Source: Halanaerobiales bacterium (GTDB lineage Bacteria > Bacillota > Halanaerobiia > Halanaerobiales > M55B127). From it: 64,000 nucleotides of DNA. Every line of letters starts with the position of its first letter. Position 1 is the first letter of the stretch. The stretch spans positions 7,795 through 71,794 of the forward strand of contig JAGYMU010000002.1 in assembly GCA_018399995.1 (NCBI GenBank). Direction: 5' to 3'. Positions 8,861-18,880 of this stretch are shown piece by piece. The notes below the pieces were generated by a model. It had not been told where the DNA came from. It searched no databases and saw only the letters and a list, made by a program, of their open reading frames with translations. The translations under genes were made by a program, and so were the position numbers.

Positions 8861-9976
8861 ATGAAGGCAGTCATTACGGGTGGTGGTACAGGAGGACATA
8901 TTTATCCTGCATTATCAATTGCTGATAAATTAAAGAAAGAGAACTGGGAAATTGAGTATATTGGATGTAAAGATAGTTTAGAGGAAGAGATCTTAAAAAA
9001 TACCGATTACCCCTTCCATCAGGTTAAAGTTTTAGCATTACCGCGCAAACTAAATTTAAAGTTGTTTAAATCCATCTTTATCAGTATACAAGCGATAATA
9101 AAATCATATAAATTATTTAAAGAAATCAAACCCGATATAGTGTTTGGCACTGGTGGTTATGTGACCGGACCTGTTTTGATTGCAGCTAAATTGCGTAAAG
9201 TACCTGCTGTTATTCATGAACAAAATATATATCCTGGTGTTGCTAATAAGATACTATCTTTTTTTGTAGATAAAATTGCAGTTAATAATATAGAGGCCAC
9301 CCGTTATTTTAGTAATATTTCAAAAAATAAAATAGTAGAGACTGGTAATCCAATTAGAGAAGAGATTATCAAGACAAAAAGAGCTGAGGGTATCAAAAAA
9401 CTTGATTTAAACCACAAATATAAGACACTTTTTTTGATGGGTGGTAGCCTGGGTTCACGGACTATAAATAAGGCTTTTTTAGAATCTCTTAAAGATATCA
9501 TGCAGTTTAATAAATTACAGGTAATTTTAATAACAGGCCGAGATAATTATCAAGAAGTTAAAAGCCAGGTCAATCAAATAATGAATGAGGATTGCAATAG
9601 ACTAAGGATTATACCCTATTTAGACAATATAGAATGGGCATATGCAGCAGCTGATATAATAATCTGTAGAGCAGGTGCAACTGGTCTAGCAGAAATAACT
9701 GCCCGGGGTATTCCGTCAATTTTAATTCCGTTTCCCTATTCTGCTGAAGGTCATCAGAGAGTGAATGCAAGGTTTATGGAAAAAAAGAAAGCTGCAGTGA
9801 TGGTAAAAGATAGTGATTTTAATGGAGAGACACTATATAACTCTGTAAAAGAGATTCTTTTTGATCAAGATAGATTAAAAGAAATGAAAAAAAATAGCCA
9901 GAGTTTAGCTAAATTGAATGCCGTTGAAAATATTGTAGAAATCATTGAAAGTCAGGTGAGGGAGGAATCATCTTGA
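8861..9976 (+). CDS. murG: UDP-N-acetylglucosamine--N-acetylmuramyl-(pentapeptide) pyrophosphoryl-undecaprenol GlcNAc transferase
   Basis: 371-aa ORF. N-terminal GGGTGGHIYPAL motif. Position matches dcw synteny. Confidence 0.93.
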   Translation: MKAVITGGGTGGHIYPALSIADKLKKENWEIEYIGCKDSLEEEILKNTDYPFHQVKVLALPRKLNLKLFKSIFISIQAIIKSYKLFKEIKPDIVFGTGGYVTGPVLIAAKLRKVPAVIHEQNIYPGVANKILSFFVDKIAVNNIEATRYFSNISKNKIVETGNPIREEIIKTKRAEGIKKLDLNHKYKTLFLMGGSLGSRTINKAFLESLKDIMQFNKLQVILITGRDNYQEVKSQVNQIMNEDCNRLRIIPYLDNIEWAYAAADIIICRAGATGLAEITARGIPSILIPFPYSAEGHQRVNARFMEKKKAAVMVKDSDFNGETLYNSVKEILFDQDRLKEMKKNSQSLAKLNAVENIVEIIESQVREESS

Positions 9977-11352
9977 AATGGACTAACGTTCATATTATAG
10001 GCATAGGTGGAATCTCGATGAGTGGGATCGCTAAAATGCTTTTAAACAGAGAAACTATAGTTACAGGATCTGACATCAAAGAAAATGCACAGATCAAAGA
10101 ATTAAAAAAAAGAGGGGTTAAAATTTATATAGGTCATCAAAAAAGCAATATCGATAATCCTCAGGCTGTTGTATATACCAATGCAATTAATAAAGATAAC
10201 ATAGAATTACAAACAGCCCGTGATAAGAAGATAAAAATATATAAAAGAGCGGAATTTATTGCAGAACTCTTTAAAAACAAAAAGACAATTGCGATAACTG
10301 GTACCCATGGCAAGACGACCACTACCTCAATGCTGAGTTCTATCTTTATAAATGCCGGCAGGGATCCATCTGTAATGATCGGGGGAAATCTTGATATTCT
10401 AGATGGAAATATAAAAGATGGGACAGGATCATATTTTATTACAGAAGCAGATGAAAGTGACGGTTCTTTAACCTTTTTTGATCCCAAATACGCAGTTATT
10501 ACCAACATCGAACTAGACCATTTTGATTATTACAAAAATGAGGAAGAACTAATCAATAAGTTTAAGGAATTTGCTCAAAAAATACCAGATGACGGGGGGT
10601 TAGTTATTGGCAGCAAAGCCTTAAAAAACTATCCTGAATTAAAAGATCTTACAAAAAAATATTATAAATATGGTTTAACAGATCAATATTTTACAGCACA
10701 CCAGATTGATTTAAAGAGCTTTTACTCCAGTTTTGAGCTCTTTATAAAAGGGGAAAAAATAGATACAATCAAACTTAAAGTTCCCGGGTTACACAATGTA
10801 TTAAATGCTTTGGCAGCTTATACTATTAGCTATCTTGTTGGTCTAGATAGTCAAAACATTAAAAAGGGACTGTCAGCTTATCAGGGTGTTAAAAGACGAT
10901 TTGAAAAAAAAGGAACATTCAAAGGGGCTTTAGTTATTGATGATTATGCACATCATCCTACAGAAATTATTAGTACTCTACAGACAGCTGTCAGGTTAAA
11001 AAAACGTAATCTTTATATCATATTTCAACCCCATAGATACAGCCGAACTAAAAATTTATTAAAGGAATTTAGTGAAAGCTTTGATAGAGCTGATGAATTA
11101 ATTTTAACTGACATTTATGCAGCCAGTGAAAAGCCAATACGTGAAGTAAGTTCAGAAAAGCTATATAAATTGATAGAAAAAAGAAAAATAAAGAATAATC
11201 TTAATTTAAAAATAAAACTTATAAGCGATTTCACAAAAATTAAAAATTATTTGACAAAACAACTGAGAGAAGATGACATGTTAATAACAATGGGAGCCGG
11301 CGATGTGTATAAAATTGGGGAAGATATCTTGGGTGATCAAGATGAAAAATAG
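9973..11352 (+). CDS. murC: UDP-N-acetylmuramate--L-alanine ligase
   Basis: TTG start overlaps the murG stop (TTGA) and follows GGGAGG. Motifs IGIGGISMSG and the P-loop ITGTHGKTTTT. Confidence 0.92.
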   Translation: MKWTNVHIIGIGGISMSGIAKMLLNRETIVTGSDIKENAQIKELKKRGVKIYIGHQKSNIDNPQAVVYTNAINKDNIELQTARDKKIKIYKRAEFIAELFKNKKTIAITGTHGKTTTTSMLSSIFINAGRDPSVMIGGNLDILDGNIKDGTGSYFITEADESDGSLTFFDPKYAVITNIELDHFDYYKNEEELINKFKEFAQKIPDDGGLVIGSKALKNYPELKDLTKKYYKYGLTDQYFTAHQIDLKSFYSSFELFIKGEKIDTIKLKVPGLHNVLNALAAYTISYLVGLDSQNIKKGLSAYQGVKRRFEKKGTFKGALVIDDYAHHPTEIISTLQTAVRLKKRNLYIIFQPHRYSRTKNLLKEFSESFDRADELILTDIYAASEKPIREVSSEKLYKLIEKRKIKNNLNLKIKLISDFTKIKNYLTKQLREDDMLITMGAGDVYKIGEDILGDQDEK

Positions 11353-12049
11353 GTTGAATATATTTATTTTATTAATACTCTTAATCTTGATATCAATCTC
11401 AGTTTATGCTTATCACAGTCCTGAATTGAAGATAAAAACAATTAAGTTAAGAGGAGTCAACACCTTTGATGAAAATTTGATTATATCTTTTGCTGAGGAC
11501 TATATTGATAAAAATATCATATATTTAAAAAGAGATAGAATTGAAGAGAAATTAACCAATGCAAAGTATATTAAAAATGCGAGCTTTAAAAGAATTTTTC
11601 CAGATACTGCTTTGTTTACAATTGAGGAAAGTGATCTGATTTTTAGGTTTGTTAAAGGTGATAGTTATTTTTATATTGACAAACAGGGAAATTTATACTC
11701 CCAAGATGAGTTAAAACAAAAAATCTTACTTCCCATATTAAAAGGATATGATATCAATGATAGTTTTAAAAAAGTCAATTTTAGTCTAGATATGGAGATT
11801 TTTATAAGTGTGTTAGAAGAGCACATGCAAGAAAATTCAATCAAACCTCAATATATTGTTTTTGATAATAAAAAGCTTACCTTAAAATTCAAAAATAAAT
11901 ATGATATTGTTTTAGGTGATCTAAAAAATATGTCAGATAAATTCAGAGTTATGGAAAATATAACTCAGGAAATTGAACAAAAGAATTATAGTGTAAAATA
12001 TATTGATATATCGGTATATAATAAACCGGTTCTTAAATTAAAACAATAA
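11342..12049 (+). CDS. ftsQ: Cell division protein FtsQ/DivIB
   Basis: The track ORF starts at 11303 inside murC. I use ATG 11342, which gives MKNRLNIFILLILLILISI, a single TM anchor followed by a POTRA-like region. Position between murC and ftsA. Confidence 0.8.
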   Translation: MKNRLNIFILLILLILISISVYAYHSPELKIKTIKLRGVNTFDENLIISFAEDYIDKNIIYLKRDRIEEKLTNAKYIKNASFKRIFPDTALFTIEESDLIFRFVKGDSYFYIDKQGNLYSQDELKQKILLPILKGYDINDSFKKVNFSLDMEIFISVLEEHMQENSIKPQYIVFDNKKLTLKFKNKYDIVLGDLKNMSDKFRVMENITQEIEQKNYSVKYIDISVYNKPVLKLKQ

Positions 12050-12079
12050 ATTTATATAAAAGGAAAATTAACTTTTATG

Positions 12080-12108
12080 TTGAATAAATATAATAATGTA
12101 CATATAAT
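12080..12108 (+). promoter_or_regulatory. Sigma-A-like promoter upstream of ftsA-ftsZ (TTGAAT, 17-nt spacer, TATAAT)
   Basis: -35 TTGAAT at 12080-12085, 17-nt spacer, -10 TATAAT at 12103-12108. About 50 nt upstream of the ftsA start. Confidence 0.5.
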
Positions 12109-12158
12109 AATTACAATCATAATATAATTATTTTTTTGAGAGAGGAGGCAAAATATTT

Positions 12159-13445
12159 GTGAGTGATCGCAGAATAATAACAGGTCTTGATATTGGAACA
12201 ACCAAAATATGTACTATAATTGCTGAGGTATCTTCAGATAATGAATTTGAGATTATAGGCATAGGATTTTCACCCTCAAAGGGACTAAATAAGGGTATAG
12301 TTGTAAATATAGATAAAGTCAGTAATGCGATTAGAGAGTCTGTAAATAAAGCTCAGATAATGGCAGGTTTAGAAGTAGACTCTGCTTTTATTGGTATTGC
12401 AGGTTCACATATATCTTCTATTAATAACCATGGAGTAGTTGCGGTTACCGGTAATGAAAAAGAAATTACTGAAAATGATATAAGCCGTGTTATGGAAGCT
12501 GCCCAAATTATTTCATTACCTGCTGAGGAAGAGATAATTCATGTGATTCCAAGAGAATTTATTGTTGATGGTTATAAGGGAATTAAAGATCCTTTAGGTA
12601 TGTCAGGAGTGCGTTTAGAAGTAGAAACACATATTGTCAAAGGTTCTTCAACTTCTATTCAAAACCTGGTTAAAAGTGTTATTAGAGCAGGACTTGAGGT
12701 TGATGATATTGTATTAGAGCCTTTGGCATCTAGTAAATCAGTATTAACTGAAGACGAGAAAGAATTAGGTGTTATATTAGTCGATATAGGGGGAGGTACT
12801 ACTGATATAGTAGTATTCCATGAGGGTAGTATAGTGGCTACTTATGTATTACCTGTGGGTGGTAACCATGTTACCCATGATATAGCAATAGGATTAAGAA
12901 CCCCTATTTCTGAGGCTGAGAAAATTAAAATTAATCACGGAACGGCTTTACCCGGTGAGAGCAAAGAAGATAAGGATTATTACATTGAAGTTCTTTCTGC
13001 CAGTGGAGAAGAGAAAAAAGAGATTCCCCGTAACCTTTTAACCAATGTTATTGAACCAAGGACAATGGAAATGTATGAAATGATTAATAGGCAAATTTAT
13101 TCAGCTGGACCTAAGGATCTAACACCAGCAGGAGTCGTCTTGACTGGAGGAGCTTCTTTACTTGATGGATCTGCATTACTTGCCGAAGAGGTTTTTGATT
13201 TACCTGTTAGGCTGGGCAAACCAGATTATGTTTATGGTTTGTCAGATGTTATTGATGATCCTCTCTATAAAAATAAAGATGGCAAGATCCCTAAAGCTAT
13301 TTTTTCAACTGTGATCGGATTAGTTGAATATGGTATAGAGAACGGTACTGCAGAAGTCAAAACTAATACTACAGATAAAAAAGAAAAACAGATTACAGAA
13401 TCTTTTATTGATAAAGTTAAAAGTTGGTTCAAAGAATTTTTTTAA
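12159..13445 (+). CDS. ftsA: Cell division protein FtsA
   Basis: GTG start after GAGAGGAGG. Actin-fold phosphate motifs DIGTTKI and DIGGGTTD. Immediately upstream of ftsZ. Confidence 0.93.
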   Translation: MSDRRIITGLDIGTTKICTIIAEVSSDNEFEIIGIGFSPSKGLNKGIVVNIDKVSNAIRESVNKAQIMAGLEVDSAFIGIAGSHISSINNHGVVAVTGNEKEITENDISRVMEAAQIISLPAEEEIIHVIPREFIVDGYKGIKDPLGMSGVRLEVETHIVKGSSTSIQNLVKSVIRAGLEVDDIVLEPLASSKSVLTEDEKELGVILVDIGGGTTDIVVFHEGSIVATYVLPVGGNHVTHDIAIGLRTPISEAEKIKINHGTALPGESKEDKDYYIEVLSASGEEKKEIPRNLLTNVIEPRTMEMYEMINRQIYSAGPKDLTPAGVVLTGGASLLDGSALLAEEVFDLPVRLGKPDYVYGLSDVIDDPLYKNKDGKIPKAIFSTVIGLVEYGIENGTAEVKTNTTDKKEKQITESFIDKVKSWFKEFF

Positions 13446-13460
13446 AAAGGAGGTATAAAC

Positions 13461-14528
13461 TTGTTTGATTTAGGAACTGAAATAGAACAGTATGCCAATA
13501 TAAAAGTTGTAGGAGTAGGTGGAGGAGGTAACAATGCTTTAAATAGAATGATTGAAGAAGGTTTAGAAGGTGTTGACTTTACTGCAATCAACACAGATGC
13601 ACAAGCTTTAATGTCTTCCAATGCCTCTATGACTATCCGCATAGGACAGAGTATTACTCAGGGATTAGGAGCAGGTGCTCATCCTGAAATCGGAAAAGAA
13701 GCTGCCAAGGAAAATATAGAAGAAATCAGAGAAGCAGTCAAAGGAGCAGACATGGTCTTTATAACTGCTGGCATGGGTGGTGGAACAGGAACAGGTGCCT
13801 CACCAATTATTGCTCAAGCAGCTAAAGAAGTAGGAGCACTCACAGTTGGAGTTGTAACAAAACCTTTTACAGTTGAAGGTAAGAAAAGAATGGACAATGC
13901 TATTGAGGGTATTCAAGATCTTAAAGAAAGTGTTGATACCTTAATAGTGATACCTAATGATAGACTATTGGATGTTGCTGAACCCAATACAAGTTTGGTT
14001 GACGCATTTAAAATTGCTGATAATGTCTTGCGGCAAGGAGTGCAGGGCATCTCAGATTTAATTACTATTACCGGTATCATAAATTTAGACTTTGCTGATG
14101 TAAAAACCATTATGAAAGAGGCCGGTACAGCTTTAATGGGAATAGGCATGGCCAGTGAAGAAGGCAGAGCTCAGAATGCTGCTAAAAAAGCTATTGAATC
14201 ACCTCTATTAGAAGCTTCTATCGAGGGAGCTAAAGGTGTTTTGATTAACATCACAGGTGGAAGTGATCTGGGTATTCACGAGGCAAATGAAGCGGCCCGG
14301 GTTATACAAGAAGTGTCTGATCCAGAAGCCAATATAATTCTGGGGGCAGTTATAGATGAGGATTATAAAGATGAGGTCAAAGTAACTGTTATTGCGACTG
14401 GTTTTGACAGGGATGCAGTTCAGAAAAAGGCTAAACAAAAACAAAAGAAAAAAGATCTGGAAAAAGATTTCGATATGCAAAAATTCGAAGGTGATGAATT
14501 AGATATTCCGGCTTTCTTAAGAAAATAG
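13461..14528 (+). CDS. ftsZ: Cell division protein FtsZ
   Basis: TTG start after AAAGGAGG. Tubulin signature [10 protein letters not shown] and [11 protein letters not shown]-terminal DIPAFLRK peptide. Confidence 0.97.
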   Translation: MFDLGTEIEQYANIKVVGVGGGGNNALNRMIEEGLEGVDFTAINTDAQALMSSNASMTIRIGQSITQGLGAGAHPEIGKEAAKENIEEIREAVKGADMVFITAGMGGGTGTGASPIIAQAAKEVGALTVGVVTKPFTVEGKKRMDNAIEGIQDLKESVDTLIVIPNDRLLDVAEPNTSLVDAFKIADNVLRQGVQGISDLITITGIINLDFADVKTIMKEAGTALMGIGMASEEGRAQNAAKKAIESPLLEASIEGAKGVLINITGGSDLGIHEANEAARVIQEVSDPEANIILGAVIDEDYKDEVKVTVIATGFDRDAVQKKAKQKQKKKDLEKDFDMQKFEGDELDIPAFLRK

Positions 14529-14557
14529 TTTATTTAAATTTCATCCATGATTATTAA

Positions 14558-14588
14558 GATCTCGATGTTTTGGCATCGAGATTTTTCT
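14558..14588 (+). terminator. Rho-independent terminator after ftsZ
   Basis: 9-bp stem ATCTCGATG/CATCGAGAT with a 6-nt loop, followed by TTTTT. Confidence 0.7.
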
Positions 14589-14706
14589 GAAATGCCTCAA
14601 GAAAATTTCATCTAGGTCTGAACTCTGATTTAGATGCAGATTAATTGGGGTAGTTTTCTTTTTATTTCGTTTATAGCAATTAATTTATATTATTAAAGGA
14701 GATCAG

Positions 14707-15516
14707 ATGTTTAAAATAAGGGCAAAAAACCAAATAAAGTTTTTTGAAAACGATCAGTATGGTTTCAAAATGATCTTTACAACTAGAATAGGTGGGTACT
14801 CTAAATCACATTATAGAAGCCTTAATTTAGGTTTTCATACTCAAGACAATAAAGAGATCATATTAAATAATAAAAATAAATTATATAAGACATTAAATTA
14901 TAATCCTGCGGATATTGTATATGGAGAGCAGATTCATTCAAACCAGATTAAATTACTTGCGGATATAAATAATTATGAAAAATGTCGAGATGAAACCAAA
15001 ACCAAAATGAGTGTGGATGGTCTAATATCAAGGGGTAGTAATTTTATATTAGGTGGTCATTTTGCGGATTGTTTACCAATTTATATATTTGATCAAGATA
15101 CTGGATATTTCGCTTTACTTCATGCAGGCTGGCGAGGAACTTATAATAAAATCTTAAAAAAAGCAATCAATATTTTTTGTAATAAATTAGAAAGCAGGCC
15201 AGAGAATATCATTATTTATTTTGGACCGGCAATTTCTGCTGAAAATTATGAGGTAAAGCAGGATTTAATAAAAAAATTTGAATATAATTTTAATTTTCCA
15301 ACACCTTACTTAAAAAAAGCAGGAGATAAATATTTTTTAGATTTAAAAGAGACCAACAGATTAATTGCTGAAAATGCTGGTATAGAAAAATGTAATATTA
15401 AAATATTTAGATTATGTACCTATCAGAGAAAACAATTATTCTTCTCTTATCGCAGAGATAATAAAAAAACAGGTAGAATGGCTGCATTTATATCGAGTAA
15501 TAGACAAATCGGGTGA
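14707..15516 (+). CDS. pgeF: YfiH/YlmD-family protein (peptidoglycan editing factor PgeF / laccase-domain purine nucleoside phosphorylase)
   Basis: 269-aa ORF. RBS AAAGGAG. DUF152-type pattern (QIHS, ADCLP, HAGWRG). Sits in the conserved slot after ftsZ where B. subtilis has ylmD. Confidence 0.8.
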   Translation: MFKIRAKNQIKFFENDQYGFKMIFTTRIGGYSKSHYRSLNLGFHTQDNKEIILNNKNKLYKTLNYNPADIVYGEQIHSNQIKLLADINNYEKCRDETKTKMSVDGLISRGSNFILGGHFADCLPIYIFDQDTGYFALLHAGWRGTYNKILKKAINIFCNKLESRPENIIIYFGPAISAENYEVKQDLIKKFEYNFNFPTPYLKKAGDKYFLDLKETNRLIAENAGIEKCNIKIFRLCTYQRKQLFFSYRRDNKKTGRMAAFISSNRQIG

Positions 15517-15520
15517 TATT

Positions 15521-16456
15521 ATGACAAAGCAAGAGAGCGGGGATAAACAAAAAAATAAATTTATAAGCATTAAATATTTTATTTTCATTATGGCTATTGT
15601 TACTGTTATAGTATTGTTTTTTATTTTAAGTGAGGATAAACTTAAAATAACTCAAATAGAATATAAAGAAGTTGTAGATGGATTTGAAGCCAAGGCGCTT
15701 TTAGTTAGAGATGAAAAAACTCATAATGCTGTAATAAGCGGTGAGTTAAATATTATTATCTCAGAAGGTGAAAGAGCTTCATATGGAGAAAAGATTGCTT
15801 ATATTGAGAATGAAGAAGAGATATATAATATATATACTCAAAAAGCTGGTATTATCAGTTTTGCTCTGGATGGTTTAGAAGAGGATATAAGATATGGGAA
15901 AATTACACCTGAACTGCTGGATAATTATGATCAATTGAATCGTGAATATAAACAATATGTAAGTGGTAATATGGTTAATAAAGGTGAAAAACTTTATAAA
16001 AATATTAATAATTTTCAGCAGTATTTATTAATAAAAGTCGAGAAGGAAAGAGCCCAAAAATTTAATAAAAATGAAGTAGTTTTTGTTGACACTCAAAGCG
16101 ATAATGAATATAGTGATATTATACAGGCAAGTATTAAAAAAATATACATACATAATGATCAATATTTTTTACTTTTAAAATTAGATAGATATGTAAAGAC
16201 GTGGAATAATACAAGATGGGTTAATATAAAGTTAATAAAAAACATATATAGGGGTTTAGCTGTACCGAAGTCGGCTGTTTTTAAGACAACGAGTGGTGAT
16301 CAGGTTTTGATTTATACCTTTGATCATAAAATAAAAACAAGAGAAGTAAAAATAGTGGAAGAGACTGAGGACTGGGTTATTATTGAAAATTTAGAAATAG
16401 GAGATCAAGTTTTAAAAAACCCTCAAGCTGTTGATTATGGAAGGGATGAGAAGTAA
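15521..16456 (+). CDS. Membrane-anchored protein of unknown function, possibly HlyD/membrane-fusion-protein-like
   Basis: 311-aa ORF. One N-terminal TM helix (FISIKYFIFIMAIVTVIVLFFIL). Beta-rich body with lipoyl-like G-x-V-x-EGE and a C-terminal IGDQVL segment. The function is a guess from these patterns only. Confidence 0.6.
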   Translation: MTKQESGDKQKNKFISIKYFIFIMAIVTVIVLFFILSEDKLKITQIEYKEVVDGFEAKALLVRDEKTHNAVISGELNIIISEGERASYGEKIAYIENEEEIYNIYTQKAGIISFALDGLEEDIRYGKITPELLDNYDQLNREYKQYVSGNMVNKGEKLYKNINNFQQYLLIKVEKERAQKFNKNEVVFVDTQSDNEYSDIIQASIKKIYIHNDQYFLLLKLDRYVKTWNNTRWVNIKLIKNIYRGLAVPKSAVFKTTSGDQVLIYTFDHKIKTREVKIVEETEDWVIIENLEIGDQVLKNPQAVDYGRDEK

Positions 16457-16457
16457 A

Positions 16458-17156
16458 ATGCGCAATTCCATTAAAACTAATTTAGACAAAGTTTATAAAA
16501 ATATAGAACAACACGCCAAAAAAGCAAATAGAGATCCAGATCAGATTAAACTAGTTGCAGTTGCGAAAAATCATCCTCCTAAAAAAATAATTAAAGCATT
16601 GAAATCTGATCACAGGATATTTGGTGAAAATAGGGTTCAGGAGTTATTAGATAAAAACGAACTCTTTTATGACCAGGATATAGAGTGGCACTTTATTGGA
16701 CATCTACAAAAAAATAAGGTAAAATATTTAATGAAGATTGATCAGTTAACTATGGTAGAATCTATAGATAGTATTGAGATTGCTAAAGAATTAGTTAAAG
16801 AAGCCCAAAACCATAAAAAAAATATCAAAATTTTACTACAGGTCAATATAGCTGATGACCCTCATAAATTTGGTTTTAAAGAAAGTGATATAGAAGATGC
16901 CATAAATGAGATCTCTGAGTTTAATAATATTGAGATAAAAGGCCTGATGACCATAACACCATATAATGATGATCCGAATCAATCTAGACATTATTATAAA
17001 GAGTTAAAACTATTATTTAAAAGACTAAATGAAAAAGGATATAAGTTAAGAGAGTTATCAATGGGAATGTCCAATGATTATCACATCGCAGTAGAAGAAG
17101 GCGCAACTATTATCAGAGTTGGTACTGCTATTTTTGGACAAAGGCATTACTATTAA
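16458..17156 (+). CDS. yggS: YggS/YlmE-family pyridoxal-phosphate homeostasis protein
   Basis: The track ORF starts at 16431. I use ATG 16458, just after the upstream stop. Alanine-racemase-N-fold pattern (VAVAKNHP, FGENRVQE, HFIGHLQKNK, SMGMSNDY). Confidence 0.85.
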   Translation: MRNSIKTNLDKVYKNIEQHAKKANRDPDQIKLVAVAKNHPPKKIIKALKSDHRIFGENRVQELLDKNELFYDQDIEWHFIGHLQKNKVKYLMKIDQLTMVESIDSIEIAKELVKEAQNHKKNIKILLQVNIADDPHKFGFKESDIEDAINEISEFNNIEIKGLMTITPYNDDPNQSRHYYKELKLLFKRLNEKGYKLRELSMGMSNDYHIAVEEGATIIRVGTAIFGQRHYY

Positions 17157-17188
17157 TAGGAAATAAAAGTCAAAGGAGCTGTTATATA

Positions 17189-17476
17189 ATGAGTATGCTG
17201 ATCTGGTTAGTAAGTACTCTTTTTACAATAATAAACTGGCTGATAATTATTAGAGTAATTGTTTCCTGGATAAAACCTGATTACAACAATCAGCAGTGGA
17301 GGAAATTCTTAAGAATTGTATACAATATTACTGAGCCCATCTTAGAACCGATTAGAAGAATAATTCCAACCGCAAATATTGGTATTGATTTTTCCCCATT
17401 AGTTGCTATATTTGCTCTTTCAATAATTAGAAATTTTGTGATCAGCCTATTAAGAAGCATGATATATGGAATTTAA
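17189..17476 (+). CDS. yggT: YggT/YlmG-family membrane protein
   Basis: 95-aa ORF with two TM segments. RBS AAAGGAG. Conserved slot in the ylm cluster. Confidence 0.8.
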   Translation: MSMLIWLVSTLFTIINWLIIIRVIVSWIKPDYNNQQWRKFLRIVYNITEPILEPIRRIIPTANIGIDFSPLVAIFALSIIRNFVISLLRSMIYGI

Positions 17477-17495
17477 TCTAGAGGTGAAATTGTAA

Positions 17496-18284
17496 ATGCT
17501 AGATAAAGATAAACTGCTTTCACATCTTCATGGAGAAAATGAAAGATTATTAGGTGATTTTATACTTGATAAGATGGAAAAAGTATTAGATAGAAAAACA
17601 ACCGAACAGACTAATTTTTTAAATCCCTATCAACAAAAGATTGTTTTGGGCTTAATCAAACAAATTAATGGTGTAAACCATATCTTAGAAGGCGGGTATA
17701 AAAAAGCCGAGCGAAAAAGAGCTGTGATTTTCCCTGATTATTTATTTCCAGACCATGTAGATTCTACAATTACTTATTTAAAAGTTAGTGGTAATTTTAA
17801 TTTTAGAAATATAGAGCACAGGGATTTTTTAGGAGCTATCATGGCGTTGGGTATTAAAAAAGAAATGTTAGGAGATATATTAATTCATGATGATTATTGC
17901 CAGATAATAATTGCAAAAGAGATTTTAAAATTTTTAAAGATTAATTTTAATAGGGTTAACCAAGTACCGGTTGAACTTACTGAAATTAATCAAGATGATC
18001 TAGTGATTCCTACCCAGCATACCAAAGAAATTCCGACTACGGTTGCATCTATGCGTTTGGATGCAGTAGCCAGTTCTGGGTTTGGTGATAGTCGGAGTAA
18101 GATATCGCGTGATATAAAAAATGGCAGAGTCAAATTAAATTACAAGGTTAGCGAAGATCCTGCCAAACAGGTGGAGATTGATGATTTAATTTCGATTAAG
18201 AACAGGGGCAGGGTATTGGTCGCTGAGAAAAGAGGCTTATCACACAAAGGAAGAATAAAATTATTATTGAAAAGATATACATAA
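17496..18284 (+). CDS. ylmH: YlmH-family RNA-binding protein (S4 domain)
   Basis: 262-aa ORF. RBS AGAGGTG. C-terminal S4-like segment (MRLDAVASSGFGDSRSK...NGRVKLNY). Position before divIVA. Confidence 0.8.
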   Translation: MLDKDKLLSHLHGENERLLGDFILDKMEKVLDRKTTEQTNFLNPYQQKIVLGLIKQINGVNHILEGGYKKAERKRAVIFPDYLFPDHVDSTITYLKVSGNFNFRNIEHRDFLGAIMALGIKKEMLGDILIHDDYCQIIIAKEILKFLKINFNRVNQVPVELTEINQDDLVIPTQHTKEIPTTVASMRLDAVASSGFGDSRSKISRDIKNGRVKLNYKVSEDPAKQVEIDDLISIKNRGRVLVAEKRGLSHKGRIKLLLKRYT

Positions 18285-18330
18285 GATAATAATTTTTCAT
18301 ATAAAAAATAATTTTAAAGGAGGAAAATTA

Positions 18331-18822
18331 ATGAAAATAAATCCACTGGATATCTATAATAAAGAATTTACTGTTTCTGCTTTAGGCTATAATAAAAGTC
18401 AGGTTGAAGAATTTTTAGACGATCTTGGGGTAGAATATGAAAGAATGATGCAGGAAATGAAACAAATAAAAGATACAAATGAAAAATTAAAAGAAAAACT
18501 TAAGAGTTATGAAAATATTGAAGAAAATTTGAAAAATACCCTGCGGAGTATTGAAGAAATTGCTAATAAACAAACCAAGCAGGCGCGTGAGGAAGCAGAA
18601 ATAATTATAGAAAAAGCTGAAATGAAGGCTAAGAAGATGAAGGATGAAGTAAAAGATGATCTATCAGAAGAGTATAAAAAATTAGAAAAACTAGAGAAGA
18701 CAAAGACATTTTTTAAGATTAGAATGCGTAATTTGCTTGAAAGCCAATTGGAAGTATTAGAAGATGATGAAGAAATTGACTTAGAAAAATACGAGGAAGA
18801 AATAGAAGAATATCAAAATTAG
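18331..18822 (+). CDS. divIVA: Cell division/septum-site protein DivIVA
   Basis: 163-aa ORF. RBS AAAGGAGG. N-terminal INPLDIYNKEFTVSALGYNKSQVEEFLD signature followed by a coiled coil. Confidence 0.9.
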   Translation: MKINPLDIYNKEFTVSALGYNKSQVEEFLDDLGVEYERMMQEMKQIKDTNEKLKEKLKSYENIEENLKNTLRSIEEIANKQTKQAREEAEIIIEKAEMKAKKMKDEVKDDLSEEYKKLEKLEKTKTFFKIRMRNLLESQLEVLEDDEEIDLEKYEEEIEEYQN

Positions 18823-18829
18823 CAATAAC

Positions 18830-18858
18830 TTGACTAAGTTTATTCAATAATTTATAAT
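18830..18858 (+). promoter_or_regulatory. Sigma-A-like promoter of the ileS leader (TTGACT, 17-nt spacer, TATAAT)
   Basis: -35 TTGACT at 18830-18835, 17-nt spacer, -10 TATAAT at 18853-18858. Confidence 0.6.
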
Positions 18859-18880
18859 AAAAAAAATAAAATGTAAAAAA

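Noticed and set aside
10161-10508. 115-aa antisense ORF inside murC. The same class includes 863-1135, 4422-4634, 6146-6442, 8136-8354, 9304-9501, 13442-13642, 13913-14149 and 14208-14480.
   Set aside because: All lie fully inside strongly supported dcw genes on the opposite strand. They have no RBS and give low-complexity Ser/Leu/Ile-rich translations. These are typical shadow ORFs.
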